A stretch of 64,000 bases of DNA, taken from Octopus sinensis. Its lineage: Eukaryota. This document shows, piece by piece, positions 50,163-63,488 of the stretch; position 1 is the first letter of the stretch, and the number at the start of each line of letters is the position of its first letter. Location of the stretch: positions 100,006,001 to 100,070,000 of the forward strand of contig NC_042998.1 in the NCBI RefSeq assembly GCF_006345805.1, written 5' to 3'. The notes under the pieces were generated by a model, which made no database searches, was not told the DNA's origin, and saw nothing but the letters and a program-made list of their open reading frames with translations. Position numbers and translations under genes: made by a program.

Positions 50163-51636
50163 GGTTATCAGAACTCCAATGCCACCAACAGTTACAACTC
50201 CACCAGCAGTTCTGTCTCCTCCAATAGCTCATCCGGCAAAAGCAGAAAAGAACCCCAAACCAGAGAAGCCAACACCTAAAACTAAACCTGCTCCTAAAAA
50301 GAAAGCTGTTGTTAAGAAACCTGCAGTGAAAAAGGCTGACAAGAAAGTGGTTAAGAAAGGTCCAAAAATGGCAGCATATCCTCTTAACAAACGGGAATCT
50401 TTTTCACCACCAATGATGCCATCTGAATTTCCTGAACAAGATAAGCTACTAAGTGGATCAAAACAAATGATGTACCCCAATGTAGGAGAAATGCATCCTC
50501 CTATAATGAAACCAGAGAAGCAAGTTCCAGTTAAACCAATGATGAGAGCAGCTGATAGGGTAATGATGCCAACAAGTCTTGATAAGACAGCAATGAACAT
50601 AGCAGGTGGAGCTCTTTTCAAAGAAGAAATGAGTTTTACAAAGGTGAGCAATATTTCCCCAAGGACCACTGCTAAAGCTGGGAGAGGTAAAGGAACTAAG
50701 GGCAGCAAGGCCAATAAACCTGTCATGACAAAAACTGAGAAACTCCCTGCTAAAGTCAAGTCAGAAAGAGTGGCCAGCAAAACAAAGACTCCATCAAAAG
50801 TAGAGAAGGCACCTATGACAAAAGTGCCTGTTACTGCTGCTGATATTGCTGTTGCTTCAAGAACACCTGTGACAAGGGTAACTCCTACAGCAAAGATGCC
50901 TATCATGAAACCTGAAAAAGCAATTCTAACAAAAGAAAAACCAATTATGAAAATCAACAGACCTCCAAATAGACTGGGACGACCCCCAAAAGTAGAGGTT
51001 CCTTCATCACCACCACCAACTATTCCTTATCCATCATCTCCTTCACACAAATCTCATCTATCCTCATTACCAATCGCACACCCACTTACACACCCATTTA
51101 ATCCTCTACTACCATCCGTCTCCACTCCTATTGCTAACATGTCTCGACCAAGTTCCATTCCTGTCCCAACACCTATCTCTAAACTTCACACTCCACCTGT
51201 ACCTAAAGTTCAGCCCACTCCTAAAGTGACTCAAAAATCTCATACAGGCAGAGGTGGGAAAACTGGAAGACCATCAAGATCAGCTTCTAAGAACCCCCAA
51301 AATTCAAAAACTGGCATGTCAGCTATTACATCTTTTAAAGAAAATCTAACAGATTCCATCCGAGCGCAACCTGAAAATCTGTTGACACCTCCACTACTAC
51401 CTTCACCTTTAACACAAGAGCAGTTCTTAAAAGCAGAAAATCCAGCCTTTAATACTGGTCAAATGACGACCAGTGTGCAGATTGCTGGTGCTTCTACACT
51501 TGATCATGGACCTTTTATGCTGCCATTAGATGCAAAGGGGTCAACAATGGTTATGGAACCTTCAGAAAATTCTGTTCTACTTGGGAAAAGAACTGTTCAA
51601 CGTTCAGTTTTTGCAGAGACAGTGGGAACATTCTTT
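50163..51636 (+). CDS. TAF3: TAF3 coding exon 7 (Pro/Lys/Thr-rich)
   Basis: atttcag|G ... TTT|gtaagt; part of the 539-aa ORF; ends RSVFAETVGTFF, like TAF3 RSVVTETVSTYV just before the PHD; phase 2-0. Confidence 0.9.
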
Positions 51637-53885
51637 GTAAGTGTAACTTTATGTACATTTAAGACTATTTTTAGCTCTGTATTTTGTTTTGGTATTGAGG
51701 CTAAGAGTAGCTTATATTTTATTGTTTGTTTAACTGCCATTCTCCCATGCTAGAATGGATTAGATCAGGATATATCTGTGGCAGGAATTTCATGGCAAAG
51801 TGTCCTCTTTGTTTTTCAAGTAAGGGATTATTTTTATTTCACACCTCTTTGAAAGTAGTGTGATTGGTCATAATGTCAGTAAGGTATATAAATATCATAT
51901 CAAGTGATACTGTGGGGATGTCAGCATTCATGCACATTTGTGTGCACACACACAGCATGCTCCCTACAATTTTCATCTACCAAATTCACTCACAAGGCAT
52001 GACTGCCTAGAGCTTTAGGAGAAAATATTTGCCCATGGTGTTATTAATGGGATTCAATCTGAAACCACTTAGTTATGAAGCAAACATCATAACCATATAG
52101 CCATGCTTGTATCTGTTGTAAGAGATTAAAGTATTATAATGTAAGAAATCTACATTCTATTTTGATGAGAATACCTCATTAATGAATATTCTATGTAATT
52201 TGAGTTTAATGTAGAATAGTTTGTTAAAAACTGTGAATTGTCAGATTTTTTTTTAGTGTCAAATAAAATAGTTTTCAGTATTTGTTTCAGCTCTTTACAT
52301 TCTGAGTTCAAATCCTACTAACATTAACTTAGCCTTTCATACTTTTAGAATTAATAAAATAAAGTACAAGTCCGGGGCTGTGAATTGGTGGAATTGTGAA
52401 AATGTCAGACAAGATGACTTGTGATATTTGTTTTGATTCTTTGCATTCTGAGTTGTTGGGCGATGAACTTAATCCATCACCAGATTGAACACTACTACTT
52501 GGCACTTGCAAAATTCTAGCCAGATCCTTGGTCTGAGGATAACTTCCTCCCTTTCTCTTGCTAGTTTCAAAGCCTTGGTAAAATAAAGTATCATAGGCAC
52601 TGCCCTTCCCTCTTTGACTATTTAAAAAAAAAAAAACACAAGCTGTCACATACAGAACTTAGGTCCAAATCCAGTGACAAAACTAAGATGATTGAAAAAA
52701 ATCTGATTTGTGGTTTAGCCAAATTAATCTGATACCTAATTCTATTTCTAACAGATAGATGAACTGGGACAAAGTAAATTATTCTGATCTGAAATGAAAA
52801 CAAATTTGGTTTATGATCCCCTTGTCTCTTGCTTTATTTTTTTATTGTTAGAATTCAATAATTTATAATACAAGATATCTTTTTCTGTCCTCCTCATTTG
52901 AGGGGTCTTGTCCTGCCAGTTCTGCTAGTGCCATGTAAAAGCAACCAGTACATTCTGTAAAATGGCTGGCATCAATAAGGGTCTCCAGCTGTAGAAATCA
53001 TGCCAAAGCAGAGAGAACTTGATGCAATCTTCTGACTTATCACTTCCTGTACAACTGTCTAATCTATGCCAACATGGAAAATGATGATGTTGTTATTTTA
53101 TGTTGAGATTTCAAGAGAAAGGAGAGTAAAATTTGATGTTTGTTGGTCTTGAGTAAGCTTTAAAAATTCCTATATAAAATTGCAGTATCTTGAATCTCTT
53201 ACAGTGAAAGATCCAACTTAAGATTTTATGTTAAGTATTAATGTTAATCAAATCTAGTGAAAGCATTTCAGTTCTACCTAACAACAATGAAGAAATGGGT
53301 ATTAAAACTGACATTGCATACAACGCCTCAACTTTTAAGTTTTGTAAGAAAACACAAACTTCTTTTTGAATCATTTACTTTCTAGTAATCAAGTTGACTA
53401 ATCTTATTGTGAGGGTACAGTTGGTAGAATTGATAATCTATTGGAATATTGATTCTAGGAACAATGGTTGGTATCCATCATAGGAGCTGTACTGTGCCAA
53501 CAAACTTAATTCTGGGTGATCCAATTTATTTTGCTTTAAGTAAGCTCTTGGTGTGGGTGTATAACTAAATACTGCAAGGAGCATGATTATTGAATATTTT
53601 ACAGGTATTTTGTTAGCTTGCCATTCAAGCCCTCCCTTGGTTCTAGAGAAACTTGCATTGGTACTCAACTGAAGTTTGCAATTAATTATTTTGATCATTA
53701 TATGCTGTTACAGTTCTTACAATAGGTTGATCAATCATATGAAGTTACCTAATATAAGATTTGTATTTATAAATTAGAGTAAAAATTTAGTATAGTAGGT
53801 TTTGTCATATGTAATAGTTTTTTTTTTTTTGATCATATTTTTGTTTAACCAAATTTTTGTTTAACCAAAACAATTGTTCTTTTAG

Positions 53886-53986
53886 GATGAAAATGGACAA
53901 AAGGTTTGGATTTGTCCAGGTTGTGCATTACCAGATGATGGCAGTCCAATGATTGGATGTGACGATTGTGATGAGTGGTATCATTG
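53886..53986 (+). CDS. TAF3: TAF3 coding exon 8, PHD finger first half
   Basis: ttttag|GAT ... TG|gtaagt; DENGQKVWICPGCALPDDGSPMIGCDDCDEWYHW, near-identical to human WICPGCNKPDDGSPMIGCDDCDDWYHW. Confidence 0.97.
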
Positions 53987-55926
53987 GTAAGTGTCTTAGT
54001 TATATCTCTTCTAGTTTATTAAATAATGCCTATTGTGTTTACATTCCTCCCTCTGTATTCTGACATCAAATCCTGCGAGGCTTGACTTCCTTTTCATCTC
54101 TTGATAAAGACCCACACACACAGATATTTAAATGTGAATAACAGTTGAGAATAGCTAGTCATGGCTAAAAGCAAATCTTGTGCATTGAGATTGATACTTA
54201 TCAAATATTCAATATGTAATCTTTCTCTTGGCTTACAAATATGACATAATGTTTAAGATAGGATTTGAGCTTAAAATCTTCAAATACTCAACTATATATC
54301 TGCCTACCATTGCTATATCTCCATGAGCTCCAAAAGAAAAAAAAATCTCATTATAGTTAACTAAATCAACATTAATAAGTTACTAGTACTTAAACTGTCA
54401 ACTTTGACAGGTAATAAAAATAGGCACTGAAATCATAAAGTATCTCAGCTGGGTATGTATGTATGCATCATACGACTAATGATTCTTATTCAGGCACAGA
54501 ATATATTGTTGAAAGAAAGTCAAGTCAATTGTATTGACTACAACACATTACTAAAAGCAAGAGGAAGTAAAAACTAAATACTGTAATGGATTTGGTCCTG
54601 CCATTCTACTTTAGAAACATCCAATAACAAGTTCAGTAATTCTTAATTAGGGTTGATGCAGTCATGTATCTTCTCTTGAAACTTAATAGTTTCTCAGTTA
54701 GTAACAATACTTGTTGATAAATACTTTAGACAAGATCTTGAGACATCAACATTATTTATTTGAATAATCCTCTAACGATTAATTGCTGGAGATGGTCTAT
54801 TATTGACTACATGAAATTGATTTTGTAATCTTAAGGTGAAGCACTACTTATAGCTGTTTAGTTGTGCTTTTTGGGAACGATGTTTACCCTAATTTCTTTG
54901 CCTCTTAACAGTTTTACTCTTACTCCAGTACTGAGTAGTTAGCAATGAAAAAGGCATCAAGCACTGAAAATATTTGCAACAAGCATAAAATCAAAATTGA
55001 AAAGCAAAAATTCTATGTCAGTTAATATGGAAAAACAGGAGTAACTAATTGGTATATTGGCTAAATTAGTTCTGAACTAAACCAACCTAGCTTTTCATTT
55101 TAATACAGCTGAGAGCTTTCTAATGTACTGTAGTACCATACTGGATCAAAAATTGTACTTACTATAGAGGTTTATCAGGATTGCTGTGGCCTCCCTAACT
55201 ACATTTTTTTTTTTACATCTTTTTACCATTTGGTAACAGATACACTCTCATATGATCTTGATAACTAGTTTCATGAATATTTTTTCTTAGACTATCTCAC
55301 AATTAAACACTCTTATCTTTAATAACACTTGTAAATGTAACCAGGTAAACATACAATATTTACATGATTACAAGTGCTATTAAAGATAAAGGTGTTAAAC
55401 TGTAATTGTCTTGGTAAAAATATTGCATTATTACTAATTTTACTTAGATTATAATTTTCTAGACCATTTATGTAGTTTACAGCTACAATAAATTTCAGTC
55501 TATTTGATCTTTGGTCATCATCAAGTTGCTTTTTTTTTTTTTTTTTACCTAAGACTCTGTACACATATCCGGGTGTTTTTTCCCAAGATATGTATATATG
55601 ATCTCAGACTGGGATCAAACTTATGTTATATATATATATATACATATTAGAGGGAAACCACTATTTTTTATATGCTAGACCACTGGTGTGAAATCGATGT
55701 TAATTAAATTAATATCTAATTTCTCACCCTCATTTTAAATTTAAATATATATATATACATTGTTGTTTGGATATTATTAACTATAAATATTGCAACCTGA
55801 ACTGAAATTTGCTTGTCACTGATATATGTATACAATGGCAATATGTTGATCTGAACTTGGATGTAGCAACTCAAATGGTAAATTTTGCAAGTACTAAAAT
55901 TTATAAATTTTAAAAATATTTTTCAG

Positions 55927-56041
55927 GCCCTGTGTAAATATAAAAGAAGCGCCTCCAGAACAAGACCAATGGTTCTGTCCAAAATGCTTATTAAAAACCA
56001 AACATAAACCAAAACGAAAACGGAAACGCAGAACATATTGA
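55927..56041 (+). CDS. TAF3: TAF3 last coding exon, PHD second half plus basic tail, TGA stop
   Basis: ttttcag|G; PCVNIKEAPPEQDQWFCPKCLLKTKHKPKRKRKRRTY*; nine exons sum to 4425 nt = 1474 aa plus stop. Confidence 0.96.
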
Positions 56042-56155
56042 GACTTTGGTTGCCAGAGATTGGCCAACTCTGTAAAAAATGAAAATTAACTGTCAACTTC
56101 AAATTTTATAATTCATTATTTAAGGACAGAGTGAAGTTGTTTATTTGATGTTGTA

Positions 56156-56161
56156 AATAAA
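56156..56161 (+). terminator. Candidate TAF3 polyadenylation signal (second AATAAA at 56271-56276)
   Basis: AATAAA 115 nt after the stop codon. Confidence 0.4.
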
Positions 56162-56649
56162 CCTTCGTGTTTACAACTAGTACTAGTTATCTTGCTTCCA
56201 TCTATCAGATTCCTCTCACAAGGTATTGGTTATAAGTTATCGTAGAAAACACTAATCTAATGTGCTGTACAATAAAATTGAGACCAGAATCACACAATTG
56301 CAAAGTGAACTTCTTGAACCATAGTCTGCACTTATAAATTTGGATAAGTTTGTATATTGTGGTAAGACATGCACTGATGTCTTTAAAAAAAGCTTTTCTT
56401 TGTAGAAAAAAAAATTTAAATGTGTAAGCTTGCACTGAACAAATAGGTTTCAGGAGTATTCCAGAAATAAGGAAGAGTAAGAGAGGAAGGTTACCAGGTA
56501 AAAAGTATGTTACTAGATTGGCCACAGTTGTGAAGTCATGACAGGTGGGAGAAAAATGACAATATCAAAAAGCAAAATAACAATCCAAGACACTAAAAGA
56601 TTACAACATATACATACATATATATATATATTACACACACACATGTATG

Positions 56650-59106
56650 TTTCAGGTGCTCTCCTTCCCATGTTCTCTCCCACATTCCTTTCACAGTTTT
56701 CAGAGTTGGCACTGTAAATGTATGTTGCATCCAAGAGGTTAGGTGGAGAGGAGCTTCAACCAGGTTCCTCACAAGCAAGACACAAAGGTATAAAATCTTC
56801 TGGGAAGGTAATAGCGACAGAGTAGGTGGTGTGGGCATACTCCTAGCTGAGAAATAGGTGGATATGGTCATAGAGGTATTTAGAGTATGTGATAGAGTAC
56901 TTAAGCTCAGGCTAGTCTTGCAGAATAGTATAGCTACAATTACATCTGCCTACACCCAACAAGTGGGCCTACCAAATGAATAGAAGGACCACTTTTATGA
57001 TATTCTGCAGGCTACCTCCAAGACAAGTGACAATCTCATCTTTGTGGCTGGGGTTTCAATGAGCATGTCGGACGGCAACCCAGTATCTACCATGGGGGTC
57101 ATGGAATTGGTTCCTGAAACAAAGAGGGATCAAGGCTACTGGAGTTCTGTGATGCAAATATCCTTTTAATCTGCAACACCAACTTCAGGAAACTATGATG
57201 CCAAGAAGCAGACCAATCTGGAAAAGAAGGATCTGTCATATGGTCAGAGATTTAGGGACATCCTAATTGAGAAATATGATGAGAGGGAGGAGCAGCTACA
57301 AACTTGTGACATAGAAGGCAACTGGGAATTCCTGCGGGATAGCTTGCTGAATGCCACAGACCAAATCTGTGGCTGGTGCAAAACCCCTTCCAGACCCAGG
57401 GTAATGTGGTGGTGGAACAGTACCGTAGACAGGGCCATTAGAGCAAAGAAACAGGCCTGGAAGAGTGGGGGAGCAGGGAACTGTATCAGATAGCCAGAAG
57501 GGAAGCTAGGAGACAAGTATATCTAGCCAAGGGAGAAGCAGAAAAGAAAAAGTTTGCCTATGTTTAGTGCCGTGAGGACTAAAGAACAGGTATTTTGGAC
57601 AGTGTGAGAGAAAATTCTGATGTCATAGGAGAGAAATATGTCTGCATGGATGATAGTGCACTTGCTTTTAATGAGTCTGCAAAGAAAGAGGCTTAGAGAT
57701 GCCATTATGAAAGACTGAACATGGAGAATGAATGGGAGGAGGAGAGTCTGCCAAATGTTGACCCGACTGAGGGACCAGGTATCTAAACTGACAGTACCCT
57801 AGTAGATAAAGCAATTAAAGATATGAAGACAGGGAAAGCCCCCAGCCCATCAGGAATCACTGCTGAAATGCTTAAAATATCTGGCAGTGTGGATTATGGT
57901 CTAGTCACCTGTATTATAAATCAGATGGTTCGTGACGGAGTCATACCCAATAACTGATATAGCAGCACCATTGTCAACAAAGGCATCACCTTTACAAAGG
58001 TAAAGGTGATGTCTTAGATAGAAATAATTACAGAGGTATCAAATTGTCAGATCAGGTGTTGAAAGTTGCGGAGAGAGTCATAGCCCAACTAATCAGGGAG
58101 AGAGTTAGTCTAGATGAGATGCAGTTTGACTTTTTGACGAGTAGAAGCACTACTGATGCTATATTTCTGGTAAGGCAATTACAGGAGAAATACCTAGCCA
58201 AAGATAAACTGCTGTACTTGGCTTTTGTTGACTTAGAGAAAGCTTTTGACAGAGTCCCCTAATCTGTTATCTGGTGGTCAATATGGAAACTAGGGATAGA
58301 TGAGTGGTTGGTGAGAGCTGTTCAAGCCTTGTACAATGACACTGCCAGTAAGGTGAGGGTAGGCAATGAGTACAGCAAAGAATTCAGGGTATAAGTAGGG
58401 GTTCACCAAGGATTGGTGCTCAGCCCCCTCTTGTTCATCATAGTCCTCCAGGGAACAACAGAGAAATTCAAGACAGGCTGCCCCTGGGAGCTCCTCTATG
58501 CTGATGACCTTGCTCTTATAACTAATTCAATACATGAGCTAGAGAAGTTCCAGGTATGGAGACAAGATCTAGAATCAAAGGGCTTTAGAAAAAACCAAAG
58601 TCATAGTAAGTAGGAAGGCAGACAAATCACAAATCCTGCCAAGTAGATGGCCCTGCAAAAAGGTGTAGGTAGAAACACCATAAGATGCACCCAGTGTAAA
58701 CTTTGGACACATAAAAGATGCAGCAACATCAAAGGAAAGTTAACAGAAACTAACTTTTGTATGTGGAAGGTGCACAAGCATCATAAATGCTGAACATGTG
58801 TGGAAAATAGACTCCACAACTGCCAGGGGGAAACCTAGAGGTAGTAGCTAGCTTCCGTTAACTAGGCGATCAGGTTAGCAGTGGAGGTGGTTGTTCCGAG
58901 AGTGTAGCTGTGAGAATAAGATTAGGCTGGGCAAAATTCAGAGAACTCCTATGCCTACTGGCCACAAAGGGCCTTTCTCTCAAAGTGTAAGACATTGTTT
59001 GATGCCTGTGTGCAAACAGCTATGCTGCATGGCAGTGAAACAAAGGCTTTAACAGCCAAGGACATGCATAGGCTTGAGAGAAATGAAGCTGGTATGCTTC
59101 ACTGGC
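56650..59106 (+). mobile_element. Near full-length but inactivated RTE LINE (AP endonuclease plus RT)
   Basis: RVGTVNV..CCIQEVRWRG..GGVGILLAEK (APE), QFDF..STTDAIF..AFVDLEKAFDRVP, ELLYADDLAL (RT); many stops and frameshifts; 3' end missing. Confidence 0.9.
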
Positions 59107-59874
59107 TTGTTTAAATTTCTCCCTGAATTACTTATTTGTTCATCCCCACAAAATACAAGGCCTGACTGTGATGTGCCCACCCTTATCCGCCAATACTAGA
59201 AGTCTCTTTCTTCATTTCTCCTTGATTTTATTTGTCTGTACTCAGCTTACATATGGCCACTAGCTCCCTGCCAGCACTAGCAACAGTCATAGCAATCTAA
59301 ATGTATATGGAATAAATAATGAATGAATGATAAGAATTTAATGACTGGAAAAAATTAATCGTGTTTATAAATCTATCATCTGCTGACCAAGCATGGCCCA
59401 ACTACTATTAGTCCTCACAGGTATAGATGCAGCCAGACTGTGATCAACAATGAACTAAGCAACTTCACTGCAAAAAACAGTCTCCTGTCTTTAGGTTCCA
59501 AAGTGTTAGGGCAGCAACTTTAAGCAAAGGCACAATGAAAGGTAGGTCTAGTGAGATTGCGGAGATGTGTGTTGTGTGCATGAGATAAAATGGAAGGAAT
59601 CTTCAACCAAATCTTCATGAGTAGAAAACAGCAGTTCAAACTCCTCTGTGTGAGCAACACTGATGGCAGGAGTGAAATTGGTATACTGTTAGCTGAGAGA
59701 TAGATAAGATAATAAAGATAGTCAGGATATGTGATAGGATAATTAAGTCAAAGACTAATCATAAGCAACATGAGAGACCATGAACATAACATGCAATACT
59801 AGATAAAACACCAGCATTTAGGAACAGGTTGAAATATTCTGAATTGTTTTTGAAAGACATTTTATATCATTCTC

Positions 59875-60156
59875 CATCATCATCATCATCATTTAGTGTC
59901 CGCTTTCCATGCTAGCATGGGTTGGACGGTTCAACTGGGGTCTGGGAAGCCAGAAGGCTGCACCAGTCCAAGTCTGATCTGGCAATGTTTCTATGGCTGG
60001 ATGCCCTTCCTAACACCAACCACTCCGTGAGTGTAGTGGGTGCTTTTTACGTGCCACCGGCACAGGTGCCAGACGGGGCTGGCAAACGGCCATGGTCGGA
60101 TGGTGCTTTTTATGTGCCACTGGCACGGGGGCCAGGCGAGGCTGGCAACAGCCACA
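59875..60156 (-). mobile_element. Young RTE-tail copy with two subrepeats
   Basis: (CAT)n tail plus core, close to 31703-31918. Confidence 0.85.
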
Positions 60157-60229
60157 ATGAACTTATTTCATTCTGCTTACAAATGCCCAAATTGTTCACA
60201 TAAACTTTAAAACAAACCCTCCTGATGTG

Positions 60230-60800
60230 TGGACAAAGATATTCATTCATGCGTTAAAGCAAGACCTGCCCGCTTGTTCAAACATGGAAGGCTGGGATAT
60301 ATATTTCCATATAGATCTCTGTCATTATGTGAGGTCTTCATATGTTACATTCCTGTCTTTCATCAACCCCTCTCTTATCCATTGTATCATACTGCCCATA
60401 TTACAAGAGATCATTTTGGATTTGTTCATACATAATTGCAAATATGCTACCTCTCTTTCATTACGATGCTTCAAAGAAATGCATTAGATCTGTTCATAAC
60501 CAGTACACCTCTCCTTCCTGTACTGTTAACCATTACCCGTCTCCTCCAAGTTACTTGTTATGGACATTCACCACTAATCTCTATGGCCACCAATTGCTTG
60601 CATCTAGAGAAAGGCCACCTCAGCTGACTGGTATTCAATCACCAATGGATACACTCCAGTCTCTGGCCCACAAGCATGCTGTCTTCTTTTTCTCTCTCTT
60701 TTCTAATGCTACTAATGATGGCCTCTACCCCTTAAAACTGACTGGTCTCACCTCCATCACTCCAGCAGCTGACCCACTTGTCTCTCCATCTGTTGGCATC
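60230..60800 (+). mobile_element. Possible degraded L2/CR1-like endonuclease remnant
   Basis: LQRNALDLFITS resembles the (G)N-x-LDL-x-[IL]T motif of LINE endonucleases; otherwise weak. Confidence 0.3.
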
Positions 60801-62563
60801 CTTGTGTGAACCCCACCCGCTAACCACTATGTCTAATCCTTCCTTCTCAAAGCATTGTTTTTTTGGGCTCTCTTCTCTGCCCACATCTTTCTTTTAGTTG
60901 TTGACTGGCACATTAACAACATTAAGTAGTAGCATGATAAAACTGAAAGTTGAATTCTTCCCATGAATATAGCAGCCTTTGTTGAGAATAAATGTTAAGC
61001 TAAATCTTTAACCTTAAAACAAAGTAGCACAAAAAATAATTTGTTAAAAGAAAACTGATTGCCTACAGATATCACAAAGTGCTTGAATGAAAATATATTT
61101 AAAAAATCTTTGGAAAGGAGATATTGAGAAAATATGTCCTTTTTTAAGTTTAGCACAAAAGCATTTACAATTTTGGAAAAATAATGGAAAACTTATGCAA
61201 TTATGCCTTTCCCAAATACATCAAGTGGTATATGTGTAGAAAAATTCCAATTTCTTGCACTCTGGTGCATTGACATGACATTGTAAAATATTAAGAATAA
61301 GAACTTAAAGATTTTAAAAAAATATTACAACATATTTATTACTAATTTCAAATGAATTCAGGCATTCATTGCTTGTTGCTGTCTGAAAAATATAAAAAGA
61401 CATTATTAAGTGGTGTTACAAACAAATTAAATTTATGGCAATATAAAAATGTAATGTATCTGTTATAGGAAACTTTTTTTCTCTCATTGGTTACCATTGA
61501 GAAATAGTCACAATATTTCTAAATGGTAACATTTATATGATCTTACTGGCTGAAGAGATCAGCAGTTCATATCTTTATCTTATACACCATACTGTATTTG
61601 GTAAAGATACTTAAGTTTCAATGACTCAGTACTCATTTGCTTTAAATAAGAAATATGAAAAAAGATCACAGTAGAATTGTTGTGCTTCGGTCAAACTGAA
61701 ATCATCTCAAAGACAGGTGGCAGGAAATTAATGAGATCATTGATAGAGGCAATTACTCTTGTATATCCTGTAGTATTATTATTTCAATTACAGAATATGA
61801 AGTCTTCAGTGTTGCTCCAGAGATATTGTTTTACTGATTTAAAAGTACAATGAGCAAGAAGGCTAAATAGATTAATATATGACAATTCAAATTCACTGCT
61901 GGAATTTTATTGTTTCTGGGAACAACATTTTCTACATTCTGTCAATAGGCTTGGCTACCAAGATATGGTTACCAAATCCAGATATGTGTCCTGCAATAAA
62001 CTAGCATTCTACCCAGATTTATAGGTTATTCATTAAGTACTGGCCCTTTATAGCAGCTTAAGAGGTATTGACAATGACCAAATGGGAGAAATACTCAGCT
62101 TTACTAATCTACAACAATATCAGATTTTTTAATCATGTTTTGAGTTTATCTTTACTACTGGATACATTCAAATATATAACAAAATTTTTTTGAATTATCT
62201 TTCAAAAGAGAAGTCACCTTACATTTCTGGTTTTTTTTTTGTAAGGAATGACTGGCTGAGGTTGACTTGGCCTTTCATCTTTTTGGAGTCAATGAAATAA
62301 ATACTAGTTGAGCACTAGTCAATGTAACCAACTTCCCCATCCCTTGAATTTGCTGACTTGTACCAAAATTTGCAATCTATATTTTGTAAAGAATCACAAA
62401 ATCTTTGTATGAGCTTGAATGAAAAGTAAATACTCTATTTTGGAGATCAAATTAAAAAGAAATCACCTTATCTTCAAATATATATAGGATAATTCAATTG
62501 ATCCAGCTTTTGATTATTTTCAGCATGTGTACTTCTACTAAGGTTGAGGTTTAGTTGGTTCAC

Positions 62564-62569
62564 TTTATT
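62564..62569 (-). terminator. Candidate TIMMDC1 polyadenylation signal
   Basis: AATAAA on minus strand (tttatt on plus) about 370 nt past the last identified exon. Confidence 0.3.
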
Positions 62570-62937
62570 CACATGATAGTTTCAAAGTTTTTATCTGCCA
62601 AACCACTTGTATCATAACAGAGGCCTACTGTCTGAAGGACCATTGATTCATAATGCTAGGAGTGTTGTCCTGTCCTTGGTCAAATCATTTAACACTTAAT
62701 GGCCTAATCAACCTAATCATAAATAGACAACTTACAGAAACATACAATTCAGTGCTGTAATATACAAGAGCATTGTATAGTTAACAAATGTATTATTAGC
62801 ATATAGCATAATATTTTTACATTTGCTCTTGTTGAGGTTAGCTTTGTATGAAAGATGAATCTAGATGGTTTATGTTTATCTGTCTGAAATTGATCTATGT
62901 AGAAATGTTGAGGATATGATTGTCAAAGGAAACATAC

Positions 62938-63039
62938 TTTTTCTCTTCCAAATACTTTTGTATTTCCCAGTAATGTCGTTGATCTTGAGTTTCATTGGTT
63001 AATACCATAAAACCATAGATAATAGAACCACCACATAAA
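62938..63039 (-). CDS. TIMMDC1: TIMMDC1 next exon
   Basis: Minus strand cattcag|T ... AA|gtatgt; LCGGSIIYGFMVLTNETQDQRHYWEIQKYLEEK corresponds to [21 protein letters not shown]; terminal exon not identified. Confidence 0.82.
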
Positions 63040-63353
63040 CTGAATGAAAATAGAGAAATGAAGACAAAATTCGTCAACAAATAAAATAGAAGTCTTTGCA
63101 GTTTGCATCAAAAATACCTTAGCAAATAGTGGGATTAACAGTTGGGTTGATCAGAGAGGCATAAGCATGTAAATATATTGATACAGGACAATATGAAAAG
63201 GAAAAATTCAAAGTTTATTCATTAAAGAAGACTCAAGAAATTAAATATTTTTTTAAAGATCTTATGAAGGATGCTGTGACGTTTAATGCATGTCCATATG
63301 TAATCAAACCTATCAGAGAAAAGACTGTAAGAAAATGTAAAATATATACATAC

Positions 63354-63432
63354 CCCATGAGTGAACCAAATATACCACCACTAACCATTCCTCTCAGTCC
63401 CAAGTTCACCTTCAGTAACATTCCTGTTATCC
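63354..63432 (-). CDS. TIMMDC1: TIMMDC1 (complex I assembly factor, Tim17-family) internal exon; gene begins beyond window end
   Basis: Minus strand ctgcag|GG ... GG|gtatgt; GITGMLLKVNLGLRGMVSGGIFGSLMG matches recalled human [27 protein letters not shown]; phase 1-2. Confidence 0.88.
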
Positions 63433-63488
63433 CTGCAGATTAGAAAAGACAAAAAAACAAAATGATAACGTAAATACCTTCCCATTTT

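Noticed and set aside
50229-50957. 242-aa antisense ORF (and similar ones over exon 4)
   Set aside because: Shadow frames of biased TAF3 codons; no recognisable domain or splice context.
51637-51753. 39-codon read-through into TAF3 intron 7 as an alternative terminal exon
   Set aside because: No adjacent poly(A) signal, unlike intron 4; the strong GTAAGT donor joins correctly to the PHD exon.
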